From an uncultured Carnobacteriaceae bacterium (GTDB lineage: Bacteria; Bacillota; Bacilli; Lactobacillales; Carnobacteriaceae_A): a stretch of 64,000 nt of DNA. Where the stretch lies: assembly GCA_964612765.1 (NCBI GenBank), contig CAZTEC010000002.1:8205-72204 (forward strand). The letters run 5' to 3'. The stretch's first letter is position 1; each line of letters begins with the position of its first letter. The translations under genes and the position numbers were made by a program. Below are positions 9,940 through 20,086 of the stretch, in pieces. The notes below the pieces were generated by a model that did no database searches, was not told where the DNA came from, and was given only the letters and a program-made list of their open reading frames with translations.

Positions 9940-10776
9940 TTATTCTGGCTGCTCAATAAATTGGTCACTCCCAAATGAAATCGGTTGACCGTATAGTGTC
10001 TCTATTGTTTGATCAGATTTACGAATGTTCAAATAGCCTTGGTCATCTATGCCCAAAATGACGCCTTCATGTGCTTCATTTTTTTCCATATAAGTGACGG
10101 TTTGCCCTATTCCCATAAGATGCGTTTCATAAATTTTCATGAATTCTTTTTGTTCAAACTGCTCATGGAAGGCATAGAAACATTGAAGAAAATCTGCCAG
10201 AAATTCATTTTGATTAAAGTGATCTGGCGTCTCCTCACCAAAAAGAGTCCCAGCGACCGTTTGTGTTTGATCATCCGCTTGCTGAAAAGTTCCAGAAATA
10301 TTTATACCGATTCCGACGATGATTCCCGTCTGATTTTCTGGGGATTGACTCATAACTAACTCGCTTAAAATCCCACTTACTTTGCGCCCTTTGTAAAAAA
10401 GATCGTTCACCCATTTGACCGACAATGGTGTTTCTAAATAAGGGGCAAGTGTTTCAACAACAGCTGCCGCCGCAAGAATCGTGTACATCGGTACATTTTC
10501 AAGACTCGCAGCGTTTGGTTTAAAAGCTAGCGAGAAATATAAACCATGTGCTAAACTCGAATAAAATTTTTTCCCTTGACGTCCTCGTCCTGCAGTTTGC
10601 TTATTCGTCGCAACCAAAGTCCAGCTTTCTGGCTGCTGAAACCATATTTCTTTGGCTAAATCATTTGTTGATGTGACAACTTTCGGCGTTTGAACCGTAA
10701 CGTCTACCTTTTTTTCTTGCAGTCGCTCCGAAATTTCTTGGTGATTTAATTGGAACTGTTTCATGTCATCCCTCAT
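9940..10776 (-). CDS. birA: Biotin-protein ligase without N-terminal HTH (group I BirA/BPL)
   Basis: TSTND, QTAGRGRQG, KWVND, KVSGIL, GIGIN motifs. Confidence 0.9.
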   Translation of the reverse strand: MRDDMKQFQLNHQEISERLQEKKVDVTVQTPKVVTSTNDLAKEIWFQQPESWTLVATNKQTAGRGRQGKKFYSSLAHGLYFSLAFKPNAASLENVPMYTILAAAAVVETLAPYLETPLSVKWVNDLFYKGRKVSGILSELVMSQSPENQTGIIVGIGINISGTFQQADDQTQTVAGTLFGEETPDHFNQNEFLADFLQCFYAFHEQFEQKEFMKIYETHLMGIGQTVTYMEKNEAHEGVILGIDDQGYLNIRKSDQTIETLYGQPISFGSDQFIEQPE

Positions 10777-10867
10777 TTCAACTCTTCTCTGTCTATTATA
10801 ACGAGGATTTGATTTATTAAAAAATAAAAAGCAGAAGAAGTTTCCTCTGCCTTTACTAAAATTATAT

Positions 10868-12229
10868 TTAAATCAACTTCCCAGGATTTAAACGATTATC
10901 TGGATCAAAAGCTTCTTTAATTTTACGCATGTACAACAAATTGACGTCATCTGCCATCAGTTCTAAATAATCCTTCTTAACTGTGCCAATTCCATGTTCT
11001 GCTGAAGGTAAACCACCCAACTCTTTCACCTTTTTATACAGATCATCCAACAAGGCTTTTCGACGTGTTTGCCATTCTTCATCGCTTAAGTCTCCGCGCA
11101 TTAAAATGGTATGGACATTTCCATCTCCTGAATGACCAAAGTTTAATACATTTAATCCATGCTTTTCTTGTAGCGATTTTGTATAAGAAATTAGCGTAGC
11201 AAATTGATTGATCGGTACCACTTCGTCCAACATTTCATATTGCGTATATTCCATCAATCCGATTAAAATATTATCTCTAATCAACTTCGCTTTTCGCGCT
11301 TCATCTTCATCTGTAAAAGTAAGCGTCTGTAAAGACAGCGGAGCAATCGCATCGACGATTAATTTCGTACGTGCGGCAAGCTCGACTTCGTCATTTCCGT
11401 CCAAGGAAACCAACAAATAAGCTTGACCATCTTGCGTTTGTAATGGATAACCCAGATGTTGTTCGGCATAAAAGACTGCATCCTTCTCAAACAATTCGAC
11501 TTCCGAAGGGCTGGCCCCACTTTCTAAAATTGCCAACGTTCCTTCCGTTGCACTAAAAACATCCGCAAATGAAATTAATAACGTCTGACTCGCTTTTGGT
11601 AAAGGAAGTACACGCAATTTTATTTGCGTTGTCAAACCGAGCGTCCCTTCCGAACCGATAAATAAGTTTAACAAATCATATCCTGAACTGTCTTTAATAT
11701 TCAGACTTCCTAACGTCATCTCTTCCCCATTTGCTAAGACAACCGTTAATTCACGGACATAATCTCGAGTCGTTCCATATTTTACTGCGCGCAAACCTCC
11801 TGCATTTGTCGCCACATTTCCACCAATGGAAGAATGTTTTGATGCTGGATCAGGCGGATAAAAGAACCCTAATTGTTCAACGTATCGATGGATATCTCCC
11901 ACTAAGACCCCTGGCTCTACCGTCAATGTAAAAGTTTCACGGTCAAAATCTAAAATGCTATTCATTAAACGCATGTCCACAATTAATTCATTGCCATGAA
12001 TCGGAACCTGCGCACCAGCAACCCCGGTATTTGCCCCTCGGGGAATGACAACGAGGTCTGCTTCGTTTGCGAATTTGACTAATTGGACAACTTCTTCATG
12101 TGTTTTGGGTAAAGCAACCGCATGGACCGGCGGAATATCAGCAATATATTGGTCGGACAGATATTCTGCCGGTACCTCTGTGCCAATAAATAATCGATCT
12201 TTATCTCCTATAATTTCTTCTAATTTCAT
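10868..12229 (-). CDS. FAD-linked oxidase, GlcD/LctD (D-lactate/glycolate dehydrogenase) family
   Basis: PRGANTG, YPPDPAS, GGNVATNAGG, GSEGTLG, GHSGDGNVH, SAEHGIG, DPDNRLNPGK. Confidence 0.88.
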   Translation of the reverse strand: MKLEEIIGDKDRLFIGTEVPAEYLSDQYIADIPPVHAVALPKTHEEVVQLVKFANEADLVVIPRGANTGVAGAQVPIHGNELIVDMRLMNSILDFDRETFTLTVEPGVLVGDIHRYVEQLGFFYPPDPASKHSSIGGNVATNAGGLRAVKYGTTRDYVRELTVVLANGEEMTLGSLNIKDSSGYDLLNLFIGSEGTLGLTTQIKLRVLPLPKASQTLLISFADVFSATEGTLAILESGASPSEVELFEKDAVFYAEQHLGYPLQTQDGQAYLLVSLDGNDEVELAARTKLIVDAIAPLSLQTLTFTDEDEARKAKLIRDNILIGLMEYTQYEMLDEVVPINQFATLISYTKSLQEKHGLNVLNFGHSGDGNVHTILMRGDLSDEEWQTRRKALLDDLYKKVKELGGLPSAEHGIGTVKKDYLELMADDVNLLYMRKIKEAFDPDNRLNPGKLI

Positions 12230-12450
12230 AATAGCCTCCTTTAAACTATGAAATATTTATTCTTAATTTTCATTAATTTAATTAAATATAATTTCATTTT
12301 AATTTGTTTGAAACGAAATGTCAATCGCCTCTCTCATTTGTACAGATTCTGTAATATTCGCTGTTGGGATTCACGCATAAGTTTTCTTTACTTGTGTTAC
12401 TCATTTTTGGTGTTACAATAAAGTACAAACTAATTATAAGAGGTGAGAAT

Positions 12451-12765
12451 GTGGCGCAACAAGAGGAGATACTAGAAATCAGCAAGTTTTTAAAAGTAAT
12501 GAGTGATGCCACGCGATTACAAATTTTATATATTTTAAAAGAAGAAAAACGAAATGTGAGTGAAATTACGGAACTGACTGGCATGGAACAGTCTGCGATT
12601 TCACATCAATTACGTATTTTGAAGGATTCACGTCTAGTCCGGGCAGAACGCTTAGGAAAATCGATGATCTACCAATTGGATGACGACCATATTTTTGATA
12701 TTTTAGAACAAGTGAAGTCTCATATTAATGAACGAAAAATTTCGGACAATGGAATAAATGCCTAA
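12451..12765 (+). CDS. ArsR/SmtB metal-sensing repressor (CzrA-like alpha5 site)
   Basis: FLKVMSDATRLQIL, EQSAISHQLRILK, D-D-H-x10-H-x2-E ligands; GTG 12451 after GAGGTG. Confidence 0.85.
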   Translation: MAQQEEILEISKFLKVMSDATRLQILYILKEEKRNVSEITELTGMEQSAISHQLRILKDSRLVRAERLGKSMIYQLDDDHIFDILEQVKSHINERKISDNGINA

Positions 12766-12882
12766 GGGATGTTGAATCATCTCTTTTTTTTGTGTCTATT
12801 TTAAGTAAGGAGAGAAAGACTTTCATTTTTAACAGAATTCATCCATAATGAAAGGGAGAGAAATGCGAGAGGAGTCAAGGGA

Positions 12883-14169
12883 TTGAAGAAAGAATATTTG
12901 AGTAAATTTTATAAAAAATCACGGTCAGAACGAGTGGAAGCTTTGGAAAAAGCGGAAATATTATCGGCAGAAGACATTCTGGCATTGAAGGACGAGTTGG
13001 TCGATTTGCCAACCAATGTTGCGAACCAAATGATTGAAAATTATCTGATGAACTATGCTTTTCCTTTTGGAGTAGCTTTAAATTTTGTCATTAATGATAA
13101 AGATAAAATAATTCCTATGGTGACAGAGGAACCTTCTGTTATTGCAGCTGCGAGTAATGCGGGAAAAATTATTGCGCAGTCGGGTGGTTTCCAAACTGAA
13201 ATGGAAAACCGTTTGATGATTGCTCAAATTTCGTTAACGGGTGTAGAAAATGTGACTAAAGCTGAGCAAAAAATCAAAGAGTTAGAAGCTGAAATTTTAG
13301 ACCTCGCTAATGCGGCGCATCCTTCGATTTTAAATTATGGTGGTGGCGCTCGAAAAGTTGAGGTTAGAAGTTTACCAGCTGATTTAGAATTTGGAACACC
13401 CGAATTTTTTGTCGTGCATTTAATTATCGACACCGGTGAAGCGATGGGCGCAAATATTGTTAACACTATGGCCGAAGCAGTAGCCCCTTTTATCGTGGAA
13501 CAAATTGGCGGAAATTCTTTAGTCAATATCCTCTCCAATTATGCGACGGAAAGTATTGCAACGGCTCGTTGTGTGATCGATCCTAAATTTTTAGAGACTG
13601 CAACGATGTCCGGTGAAATAGTTCGTGATCGAATGATTGAAGCGACACAATTTGCAACCGCGGATCCTTATCGAGCAGTGACTCATAATAAAGGCATTAT
13701 GAACGGAATTGATGCGGTACTTTTGGCTACTGGAAATGATTGGCGAGCTGTTGAAGCTGGGGTTCATGCTTATGCTGCAAAAAGCGGACAATATCGTGCA
13801 CTTTCTCGCTGGACGAAAGATGAAAATGGACATTTGGTCGGCGAACTCAGTATGCCAATATCGGTTGGGGCTGTTGGCGGAACATTATCCATTCATCCAG
13901 GTGCACAATTTGCTTATCGATTACTTGAACAACCGAATGCGAAAGAATTATCTGAAATCCTTGTTGCTGTTGGGCTTGCACAGAATTTTTCAGCGGTTCG
14001 TGCACTTGTGACGGAAGGAATTCAAAAAGGACATATGGGTCTACAGGCTAGGGCTTTGGCAATTCGAGTGGGTGCTACAGGGGATCAAATTAAGCAGGTT
14101 GCTGAGGAATTACAAAAAGCGAAGCACATGAATTCAGAAACGGCGCGAAAGATTTTAGAAAATTTGTAA
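12883..14169 (+). CDS. mvaA: HMG-CoA reductase, class II
   Basis: MIEN, TEEPSVIAA, AMGAN, THNKGIMNG, GNDWRA, GIQKGHM. Confidence 0.93.
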   Translation: MKKEYLSKFYKKSRSERVEALEKAEILSAEDILALKDELVDLPTNVANQMIENYLMNYAFPFGVALNFVINDKDKIIPMVTEEPSVIAAASNAGKIIAQSGGFQTEMENRLMIAQISLTGVENVTKAEQKIKELEAEILDLANAAHPSILNYGGGARKVEVRSLPADLEFGTPEFFVVHLIIDTGEAMGANIVNTMAEAVAPFIVEQIGGNSLVNILSNYATESIATARCVIDPKFLETATMSGEIVRDRMIEATQFATADPYRAVTHNKGIMNGIDAVLLATGNDWRAVEAGVHAYAAKSGQYRALSRWTKDENGHLVGELSMPISVGAVGGTLSIHPGAQFAYRLLEQPNAKELSEILVAVGLAQNFSAVRALVTEGIQKGHMGLQARALAIRVGATGDQIKQVAEELQKAKHMNSETARKILENL

Positions 14170-14264
14170 TTGTCCCCCTATATGAGTAGCTAAGTTTGAA
14201 TTTGAAAACATTATTGTTTAAGATAAATTTAGTATAATTTTATATATTGAAAGAAGGTCTTATT

Positions 14265-14678
14265 ATGTGGAAAGAATTTAAAGAATTTATTTTGCGTGGA
14301 AATGTCATTGATTTAGCTATTGGTTTAGTGATGGGTTCTGCATTTACTGCGATTGTTAATGCACTTGTTGAAAGTATCATTATGCCATTTATCGCTGGAT
14401 TATCCGGAAATACTAGTGTTGCTGAAATGGCCGTTACTTTTAATGGCTCAGAAATACTATACGGTGTGTTCTTACAAGCGATTATTGATTTCTTGTTGAT
14501 TGCTTTGGTATTATTCTTTGTGATCAAGGGGTTAAATTCTCTTTCTAATTTACGCAAGAAAGAAGAATTGGAAGAGGAAGTAGACATTGCTGTACCAACT
14601 GCAGAAGATTATCTGGCTGAAATTCGTGACTTGTTAAAAGAGCAAAACCAGAATCAAAACAATGCAGATAAGTACTAA
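14265..14678 (+). CDS. mscL: Large-conductance mechanosensitive channel
   Basis: MWKEFKEFILRGNVIDLAIG, LAEIRDLL. Confidence 0.95.
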   Translation: MWKEFKEFILRGNVIDLAIGLVMGSAFTAIVNALVESIIMPFIAGLSGNTSVAEMAVTFNGSEILYGVFLQAIIDFLLIALVLFFVIKGLNSLSNLRKKEELEEEVDIAVPTAEDYLAEIRDLLKEQNQNQNNADKY

Positions 14679-14708
14679 AATTAGTCATATTTTATAAGTG
14701 AATAATTT

Positions 14709-14753
14709 AAAAGGGCAGTGAACGAGTTTAGGAACTCGTTCACTGCCCTTTTT
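14709..14753. terminator. Strong bidirectional terminator
   Basis: Perfect stem AAAGGGCAGTGAACGAGTT/AACTCGTTCACTGCCCTTT. Confidence 0.85.
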
Positions 14754-14771
14754 ATTTCTACCATTATCTAA

Positions 14772-14918
14772 CGGACTTGTACGCTTTTCTTTATTGTCTA
14801 GCTCCCAAGTCCTGACCTATCGAAAAAAAGATAAATGGACCCATTGCGCGCTTCGCTGCTCATTCAGGTCCACATTTCCTATTTTTTCATAGGTCAGACC
14901 GGACTTGTACGCTTTTCT
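14772..14918. repeat. Dispersed structured repeat, copy A (partial unit + 128-bp unit)
   Basis: 19-bp direct repeat CGGACTTGTACGCTTTTCT at 14772 and 14900; nested inverted repeats; similar to 37380-37551, 43540-43631, 53267-53332. Confidence 0.85.
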
Positions 14919-16142
14919 TTAGAATTCTGGTTTTTTTAAAATCATGCTGACGCCCATACCGCCACCGATACATAGAGAGGCTAAGCCATAAGTACTTTGG
15001 CGTTTTTTCATTAAATATGCTAGTGTCACTAACACTCGGTTTCCACTTGCGCCAATCGGATGGCCTAATGCAATGGCACCACCATTGATGTTTGTGCGAT
15101 TAAATAAATCGCGTGCATCCATCCCTGCATTTTTTGCTAATTTATTGATGACACCAATACTTTGTGCGGCAAAAGCTTCATTTAATTCTAGGATATCCAT
15201 ATCTTTTAAGGATAAATCCGCACGTCGTAAGGTATCTTCGATTGCTGAAACAGGTCCCATCCCCATAATATATGGATCAATTCCCCCTTGTCCGATGGCT
15301 ACAATCTCTGCGATCGGTTCAAGTTTATTTGCTTTCAGATAGCTTTCGCTCACGATAAGCGTTGCACTCGCACCGTCATTTAGACCGGAAGCATTTCCTG
15401 CCGTGACTGTTCCACCTTTTTTAAAGGCTGGTCTTAGTTTCGCAAGTTTCTCAACGGTTGTCGTGCGATTAATATATTCGTCTGCATCGACAACTTCTTC
15501 ACCGAATCTTGTCTGCACAGTTACTGGAACAATTTCGTCCACAAACTCACCGTCGTCTTGTGCTCGGATTGCTTTTTGTTGCGAATGATAAGAAAAGGCA
15601 TCTTGGTTTTCTCGTGAAATGCCATATTTTTCTGCAACATTTTCGGCGGTGATCCCCATATGTTCTTGGCTGAAAGAATCCGTTAAACCATCTTTTAGCA
15701 TATGGTCTTCCACTTCAAATCCGCCCATCTTAATTCCTTTACGCGCTTTAGAAGGAATTAAATGTGGCGCTTGACTCATCGATTCGACGCCACCGGCTAA
15801 AACAACATCATTCATTCCCGAAAGGATTGATACATAGCCATTCATCACGGCTTTCAAACCACTACCACACACCATATTGACGCCTGAAGCTGGAACCGTA
15901 TCTGGAATTCCTGCATGAATCGCAATTTGACGAGCGACCCCTTGACCCTGACCAGCGGGAAGGGCATTTCCGAAGATAACTTCTTGCACATCTTCTGGCG
16001 AAATGCCTGCTTGATTGAGGACTTCTCTAGAAACAACCGCCCCTAATTCTCGTGCTGGCACGCTAGATAAGGCCCCTTGAAAGGATCCGATTGCCGTTCG
16101 CTTGGCACCTACAATAAAAACTCTCTCCATAAATTTACTCAC
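14919..16142 (-). CDS. Acetyl-CoA acetyltransferase (thiolase)
   Basis: [31 protein letters not shown]. Confidence 0.95.
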   Translation of the reverse strand: MSKFMERVFIVGAKRTAIGSFQGALSSVPARELGAVVSREVLNQAGISPEDVQEVIFGNALPAGQGQGVARQIAIHAGIPDTVPASGVNMVCGSGLKAVMNGYVSILSGMNDVVLAGGVESMSQAPHLIPSKARKGIKMGGFEVEDHMLKDGLTDSFSQEHMGITAENVAEKYGISRENQDAFSYHSQQKAIRAQDDGEFVDEIVPVTVQTRFGEEVVDADEYINRTTTVEKLAKLRPAFKKGGTVTAGNASGLNDGASATLIVSESYLKANKLEPIAEIVAIGQGGIDPYIMGMGPVSAIEDTLRRADLSLKDMDILELNEAFAAQSIGVINKLAKNAGMDARDLFNRTNINGGAIALGHPIGASGNRVLVTLAYLMKKRQSTYGLASLCIGGGMGVSMILKKPEF

Positions 16143-16143
16143 C

Positions 16144-17334
16144 TTATCCTAATAGCTGACTTACGCGCTTGTATTGTCTTCTGTGCCCATCAATTCCCGT
16201 GAAAATGAAATCTTTTTTTAGCAATATATCTTCTGTAACTACTGAAGCATCGCCTGTTTCACTCAGCTCAATTGAAGTCGACAATATATTCGTGTATTCT
16301 TCAATCGTTAATTGTGTACGATTTTCTAGCAGCGCTTCATGATTCTCTGTCTGCAAATGATTTTTGTAGCCTTCTTGAATTTTTCCGACAAAAAATTCAC
16401 CCACTGCGCCTGAGCCATAACTAAACATTCCGATTCTAGAATCCACTGGCAGTTCTTCGCCTTGTTCCAATAAGGATAGAAGACTTAAATATAAGGAACC
16501 CGTGTAAATATTTCCGACAGTTTTGTTGTACGCAATAGCAGATTCATAATAATTCGTGAAACGTTCATTTGTTTCCTCGTCCATTTCATCGTCCAGAGCT
16601 AACAAAGCTTTGCGGCCCATTTTTGTGTAAGGAACATGAAATAACATCGATTCAAAATCAGAAGCTTGCGCACCAAATTGGTCTTTGTATCGATTCCAAG
16701 ACGCCATTAAAGTATCTAAATAAGCTTGATTTGAATATTTTCCATCTACGAACGCAAATTCAGAGTAATTTGGTCGCCAAAAATCATCGATGTCTTTCGT
16801 ATAGGCCGAACTTTCTTTTTCAATTTCTAAAATTCGAGGATTCGCAGAGAGTAAAATAGCTACTGCTCCTGCACCTTGAGTTGGTTCACCACCAGTATTC
16901 AATCCATATTTTGCAATATCTGCTGCCAAGACTAACACTTTACTTTCTGGATGGAGTGCAATATGGCCCATAGCTAGTTGGATCCCTGCTGTAGCACTAT
17001 AACAAGCCTGTTTTAATTCAACTGATCGTGCAAATGGTTGGATTCCTACTAAGTCATGGACCCAAGTTGCGCCCGATTTTGATTGATCGATTCCCGTTTC
17101 TGTCGCAAATAAAATCATATCGATCTCTTCTTTGTCTGTTTCACTTAATATTCGATCTGCTGCATTGGCTGCCATTGCCACAACATCGTAGTGAGCAGAC
17201 GCAATCCCCATTTTCTCTTGTCCAATTCCTATTAAATATTTATTCGGATCAACTTCACGTGCATCCGCTAATTCAACCATATCTACGAATGTCGGAGGCG
17301 TGAAAAATCCAATTTTATCTATTCCAATTTTCAT
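16144..17334 (-). CDS. mvaS: HMG-CoA synthase
   Basis: MKIGIDKI, ELKQACY, GEPTQGAGA, DFWRP, FHVPYTKMG, SYGSG. Confidence 0.95.
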   Translation of the reverse strand: MKIGIDKIGFFTPPTFVDMVELADAREVDPNKYLIGIGQEKMGIASAHYDVVAMAANAADRILSETDKEEIDMILFATETGIDQSKSGATWVHDLVGIQPFARSVELKQACYSATAGIQLAMGHIALHPESKVLVLAADIAKYGLNTGGEPTQGAGAVAILLSANPRILEIEKESSAYTKDIDDFWRPNYSEFAFVDGKYSNQAYLDTLMASWNRYKDQFGAQASDFESMLFHVPYTKMGRKALLALDDEMDEETNERFTNYYESAIAYNKTVGNIYTGSLYLSLLSLLEQGEELPVDSRIGMFSYGSGAVGEFFVGKIQEGYKNHLQTENHEALLENRTQLTIEEYTNILSTSIELSETGDASVVTEDILLKKDFIFTGIDGHRRQYKRVSQLLG

Positions 17335-17571
17335 CCAACTGCTCCTTCATGTTATTTTTTCGTTTAACTCATTTTATTATTCGTTTATTCTTTTGATATC
17401 CTAACTTTTATTGTATAGGAAACTTCTTAAGAACACTTTAAATTCTACTTTTTAACGCTACTATTTTAATTTATACAGATTAAGAAAAAATTAACAGCGT
17501 TATTTTTGTAGATTAAAGCGCTTTGATTTATAATTAGCGTATCAAAATATTTAGAAATAGGAGTGAGTCCC

Positions 17572-18048
17572 ATGAGTTTTTCATCCTTTATTAAAGGTGT
17601 CTTATTTGGATTAGGTATCGGTTTATTAGTTGCTCCGAAATCAGGAGAAGAAACAAGAAAAGATCTTCGTTTAAAAGTCGATGAGTTACAAAACCAAGGG
17701 AAAGAATTTGGTCATATTGCTTTAGAACAAGGAGAAAAAGTGACACACACATCAGCAGATGCAGCAAAAGATGTTCGCCAAACATTAGTTGATTCTTCTA
17801 AAAAGCTACGTTCAACACTTTCAGATGCAGCGAAAGAAGTACAGCACACGACTGAAAATTTTGTAGCACATGTTAGCGACCAAACAAAAGAAGCTACCCA
17901 TGATTTAAAAGAAACGGCCACCCTTGCAAAATATGAAACAGAAGATATTGTAAAGGAAACTTCTGCCGATGTTCAGTCTACTACAAATGCAGCTATAGAT
18001 GATGTTCGCCAAGTCGCAGATGAAACAAAAGATGAAGTTACTGAGTAA
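17572..18048 (+). CDS. YtxH-domain general stress protein
   Basis: Hydrophobic N-terminus then LLVAPKSGEETRKDL and a coiled-coil tail. Confidence 0.8.
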   Translation: MSFSSFIKGVLFGLGIGLLVAPKSGEETRKDLRLKVDELQNQGKEFGHIALEQGEKVTHTSADAAKDVRQTLVDSSKKLRSTLSDAAKEVQHTTENFVAHVSDQTKEATHDLKETATLAKYETEDIVKETSADVQSTTNAAIDDVRQVADETKDEVTE

Positions 18049-18128
18049 TTTGGTAAAAACATTTTAGAAAATAGGATTGAAAATGCCTCAGGTTAACGCC
18101 TGGGGTATTTTTATCGGAAAATGGCTAA

Positions 18129-18184
18129 GCTATCCTCACTTAAGAATCGACTTTTTCATTCTTAAATGAGGATAGAGCTGTTAT
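18129..18184. repeat. Solo palindromic REP-like unit related to the 31064-31216 array
   Basis: CTATCCTCACTTAAGAAT...ATTCTTAAATGAGGATAG hairpin; exact 18-mer TGAGGATAGAGCTGTTAT at 18167-18184 also at 31155-31172. Confidence 0.75.
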
Positions 18185-18253
18185 TTTCAATTTACATGGT
18201 GAAAACAAAAACCAGCTTACTCATTTAAGAATAAACTGGGTTTCATTTTCTGT

Positions 18254-19120
18254 TTATATTGGTTTATTTTCTTCGTTGTAACGTTTCACTGCTCCACGAG
18301 ACTCATAAATTCGATCCATTATCTTATCGTAATTACGCGAGGCGTAAACATAAAATAATACGTCAACAACTAAAAACTGCGCATGTAATGAACTTGTTGC
18401 CGCACTTCGCATTTCGATTTCATTTGAGCGGACGTGTTGTAAGGCAACATCTGATTTCTTAGACACGGCATTACTTCCAAAACGCGTAATTGAAATTGTC
18501 TTATGCCCTAAACTTTGTGCAGTATCTGCTAATTGAACCACTTCATGTGTTTCACCAGAATTCGAAACACCGATAAAGACAGCATCTTCACTTAAACTTG
18601 ATAAAGCAGCAAGTAGTACATGTGCATCATTTAAAGGAATACTTGTCTTACCGATACGGCTCCATTTTTGAGCAATGTTCTCTGCGACTAGCCAAGATGC
18701 GCCAATTCCAAATGTATAAATCACTGAAGCATCTCGAATCATATCCGCTGCTTCAATGATGGCATCTTCATCTAACATCGAAACGGTGTCTTTCATTGCC
18801 AAACTTGAATTCCAGTGGATCTTATTCATAATATCTTTAACAGACTCGCCCGCTTCAATATCAGAATAAACGTCTCGGCTTTCTGACTGTATTTCACGAG
18901 AAACGAAAATTTTTAATTCCGTAAAGCTTGCAATTTTTAACCGTTTTGATAAACGAATGACAGTTGCAGCACTCGAATCCGCAGATTTTCCTAGATCAGA
19001 AGCTGTCATATGAATGATTTTTTCAGGCTCATTTAAAATTTTTTTAGCAATTCGTCGTTCTGCTTTAGGTAAATCACCAAGCATACTATTTAATAAACCT
19101 AATATATTTTTTGTGGCCAT
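18254..19120 (-). CDS. murR: MurR/RpiR-family regulator (HTH + SIS)
   Basis: LPKAERRIA..., SAATVIRL, FGIGAS, SNSGET; adjacent to murQ. Confidence 0.85.
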   Translation of the reverse strand: MATKNILGLLNSMLGDLPKAERRIAKKILNEPEKIIHMTASDLGKSADSSAATVIRLSKRLKIASFTELKIFVSREIQSESRDVYSDIEAGESVKDIMNKIHWNSSLAMKDTVSMLDEDAIIEAADMIRDASVIYTFGIGASWLVAENIAQKWSRIGKTSIPLNDAHVLLAALSSLSEDAVFIGVSNSGETHEVVQLADTAQSLGHKTISITRFGSNAVSKKSDVALQHVRSNEIEMRSAATSSLHAQFLVVDVLFYVYASRNYDKIMDRIYESRGAVKRYNEENKPI

Positions 19121-19179
19121 CGTTTCACCCCTTTATAATTAATCTGCTGTTATTAATTATAACACGGTTTCATCCATTT

Positions 19180-20082
19180 CTAATACTCTAAAGTCGCCAA
19201 CTTACGAATTGATTCACGAACAAAGCCGTTTTCTTCTGCCAAAACTGTTTCAGCTGTCTCTTTTGGCGCACCTGACAGGATCATAACAATTGCTAATTTC
19301 ACTGACTTTGCTTCTGTTAGAACTTTTTCAGCTTCCTCATATTCAACGCCTGTTGCTTCAACGACAATTCGGTTTGCGCGATCGACTAATTTTTCATTTG
19401 TTGCTAACACATCTACCATCAAATTCTCGTAAGCTTTTCCTGATTTCACCATGCTAATCGTTGAAATCATATTCAGAACTAATTTTTGAGCGGTTCCTGC
19501 TTTTAAGCGCGTTGACCCTGTTAATACTTCCGGCCCAGTGATCACTTCCACCGCAAAATCGGCCAGCGGACTAATTTTTGTTCCTTCATTGTTCGAAATA
19601 GCACCCGTTGTTGCGCCGACTTCTTTCGCATATTCCAAACCACCGATGACATAAGGTGTGCGACCACTTGCCGCAATCCCAATGACGATATCTTTATTTG
19701 TTAGTTTTAACGCTTTTAAATCCCCAACGGCCATTTCTTTCGAATCTTCGGCCCCTTCAACGGCTTCTTTAATCGCAGTATCTCCACCCGCAATCAAGCC
19801 GACTACTTTTTCAGGAGGCGTACCAAAAGTCGGAACACATTCCACTGCATCTAAAATTCCCATACGCCCACTTGTCCCCGCACCAATATAGATTAATCGT
19901 CCCTCTTGTTTAAAGGCTTCAATCACAGCGTCGATTAATTGAGTAATCTCTGGCAACACTTTTTCAATCGCATCAGGAACTTTTCGGTCTTCGTCGTTCA
20001 TCAATTGAGCAATTTCTGCGACAGACATCTGATCTAAAGACATAGAATTCGGATTTCTTTGTTCAGTAAAATTCTTCTTCAT
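19180..20082 (-). CDS. murQ: N-acetylmuramic acid 6-phosphate etherase
   Basis: TEQRNP, GAGTSGRMGILDAVECVPTFG, AVEGAED, GSTRLKAGTAQK. Confidence 0.96.
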   Translation of the reverse strand: MKKNFTEQRNPNSMSLDQMSVAEIAQLMNDEDRKVPDAIEKVLPEITQLIDAVIEAFKQEGRLIYIGAGTSGRMGILDAVECVPTFGTPPEKVVGLIAGGDTAIKEAVEGAEDSKEMAVGDLKALKLTNKDIVIGIAASGRTPYVIGGLEYAKEVGATTGAISNNEGTKISPLADFAVEVITGPEVLTGSTRLKAGTAQKLVLNMISTISMVKSGKAYENLMVDVLATNEKLVDRANRIVVEATGVEYEEAEKVLTEAKSVKLAIVMILSGAPKETAETVLAEENGFVRESIRKLATLEY

Positions 20083-20086
20083 ACGA

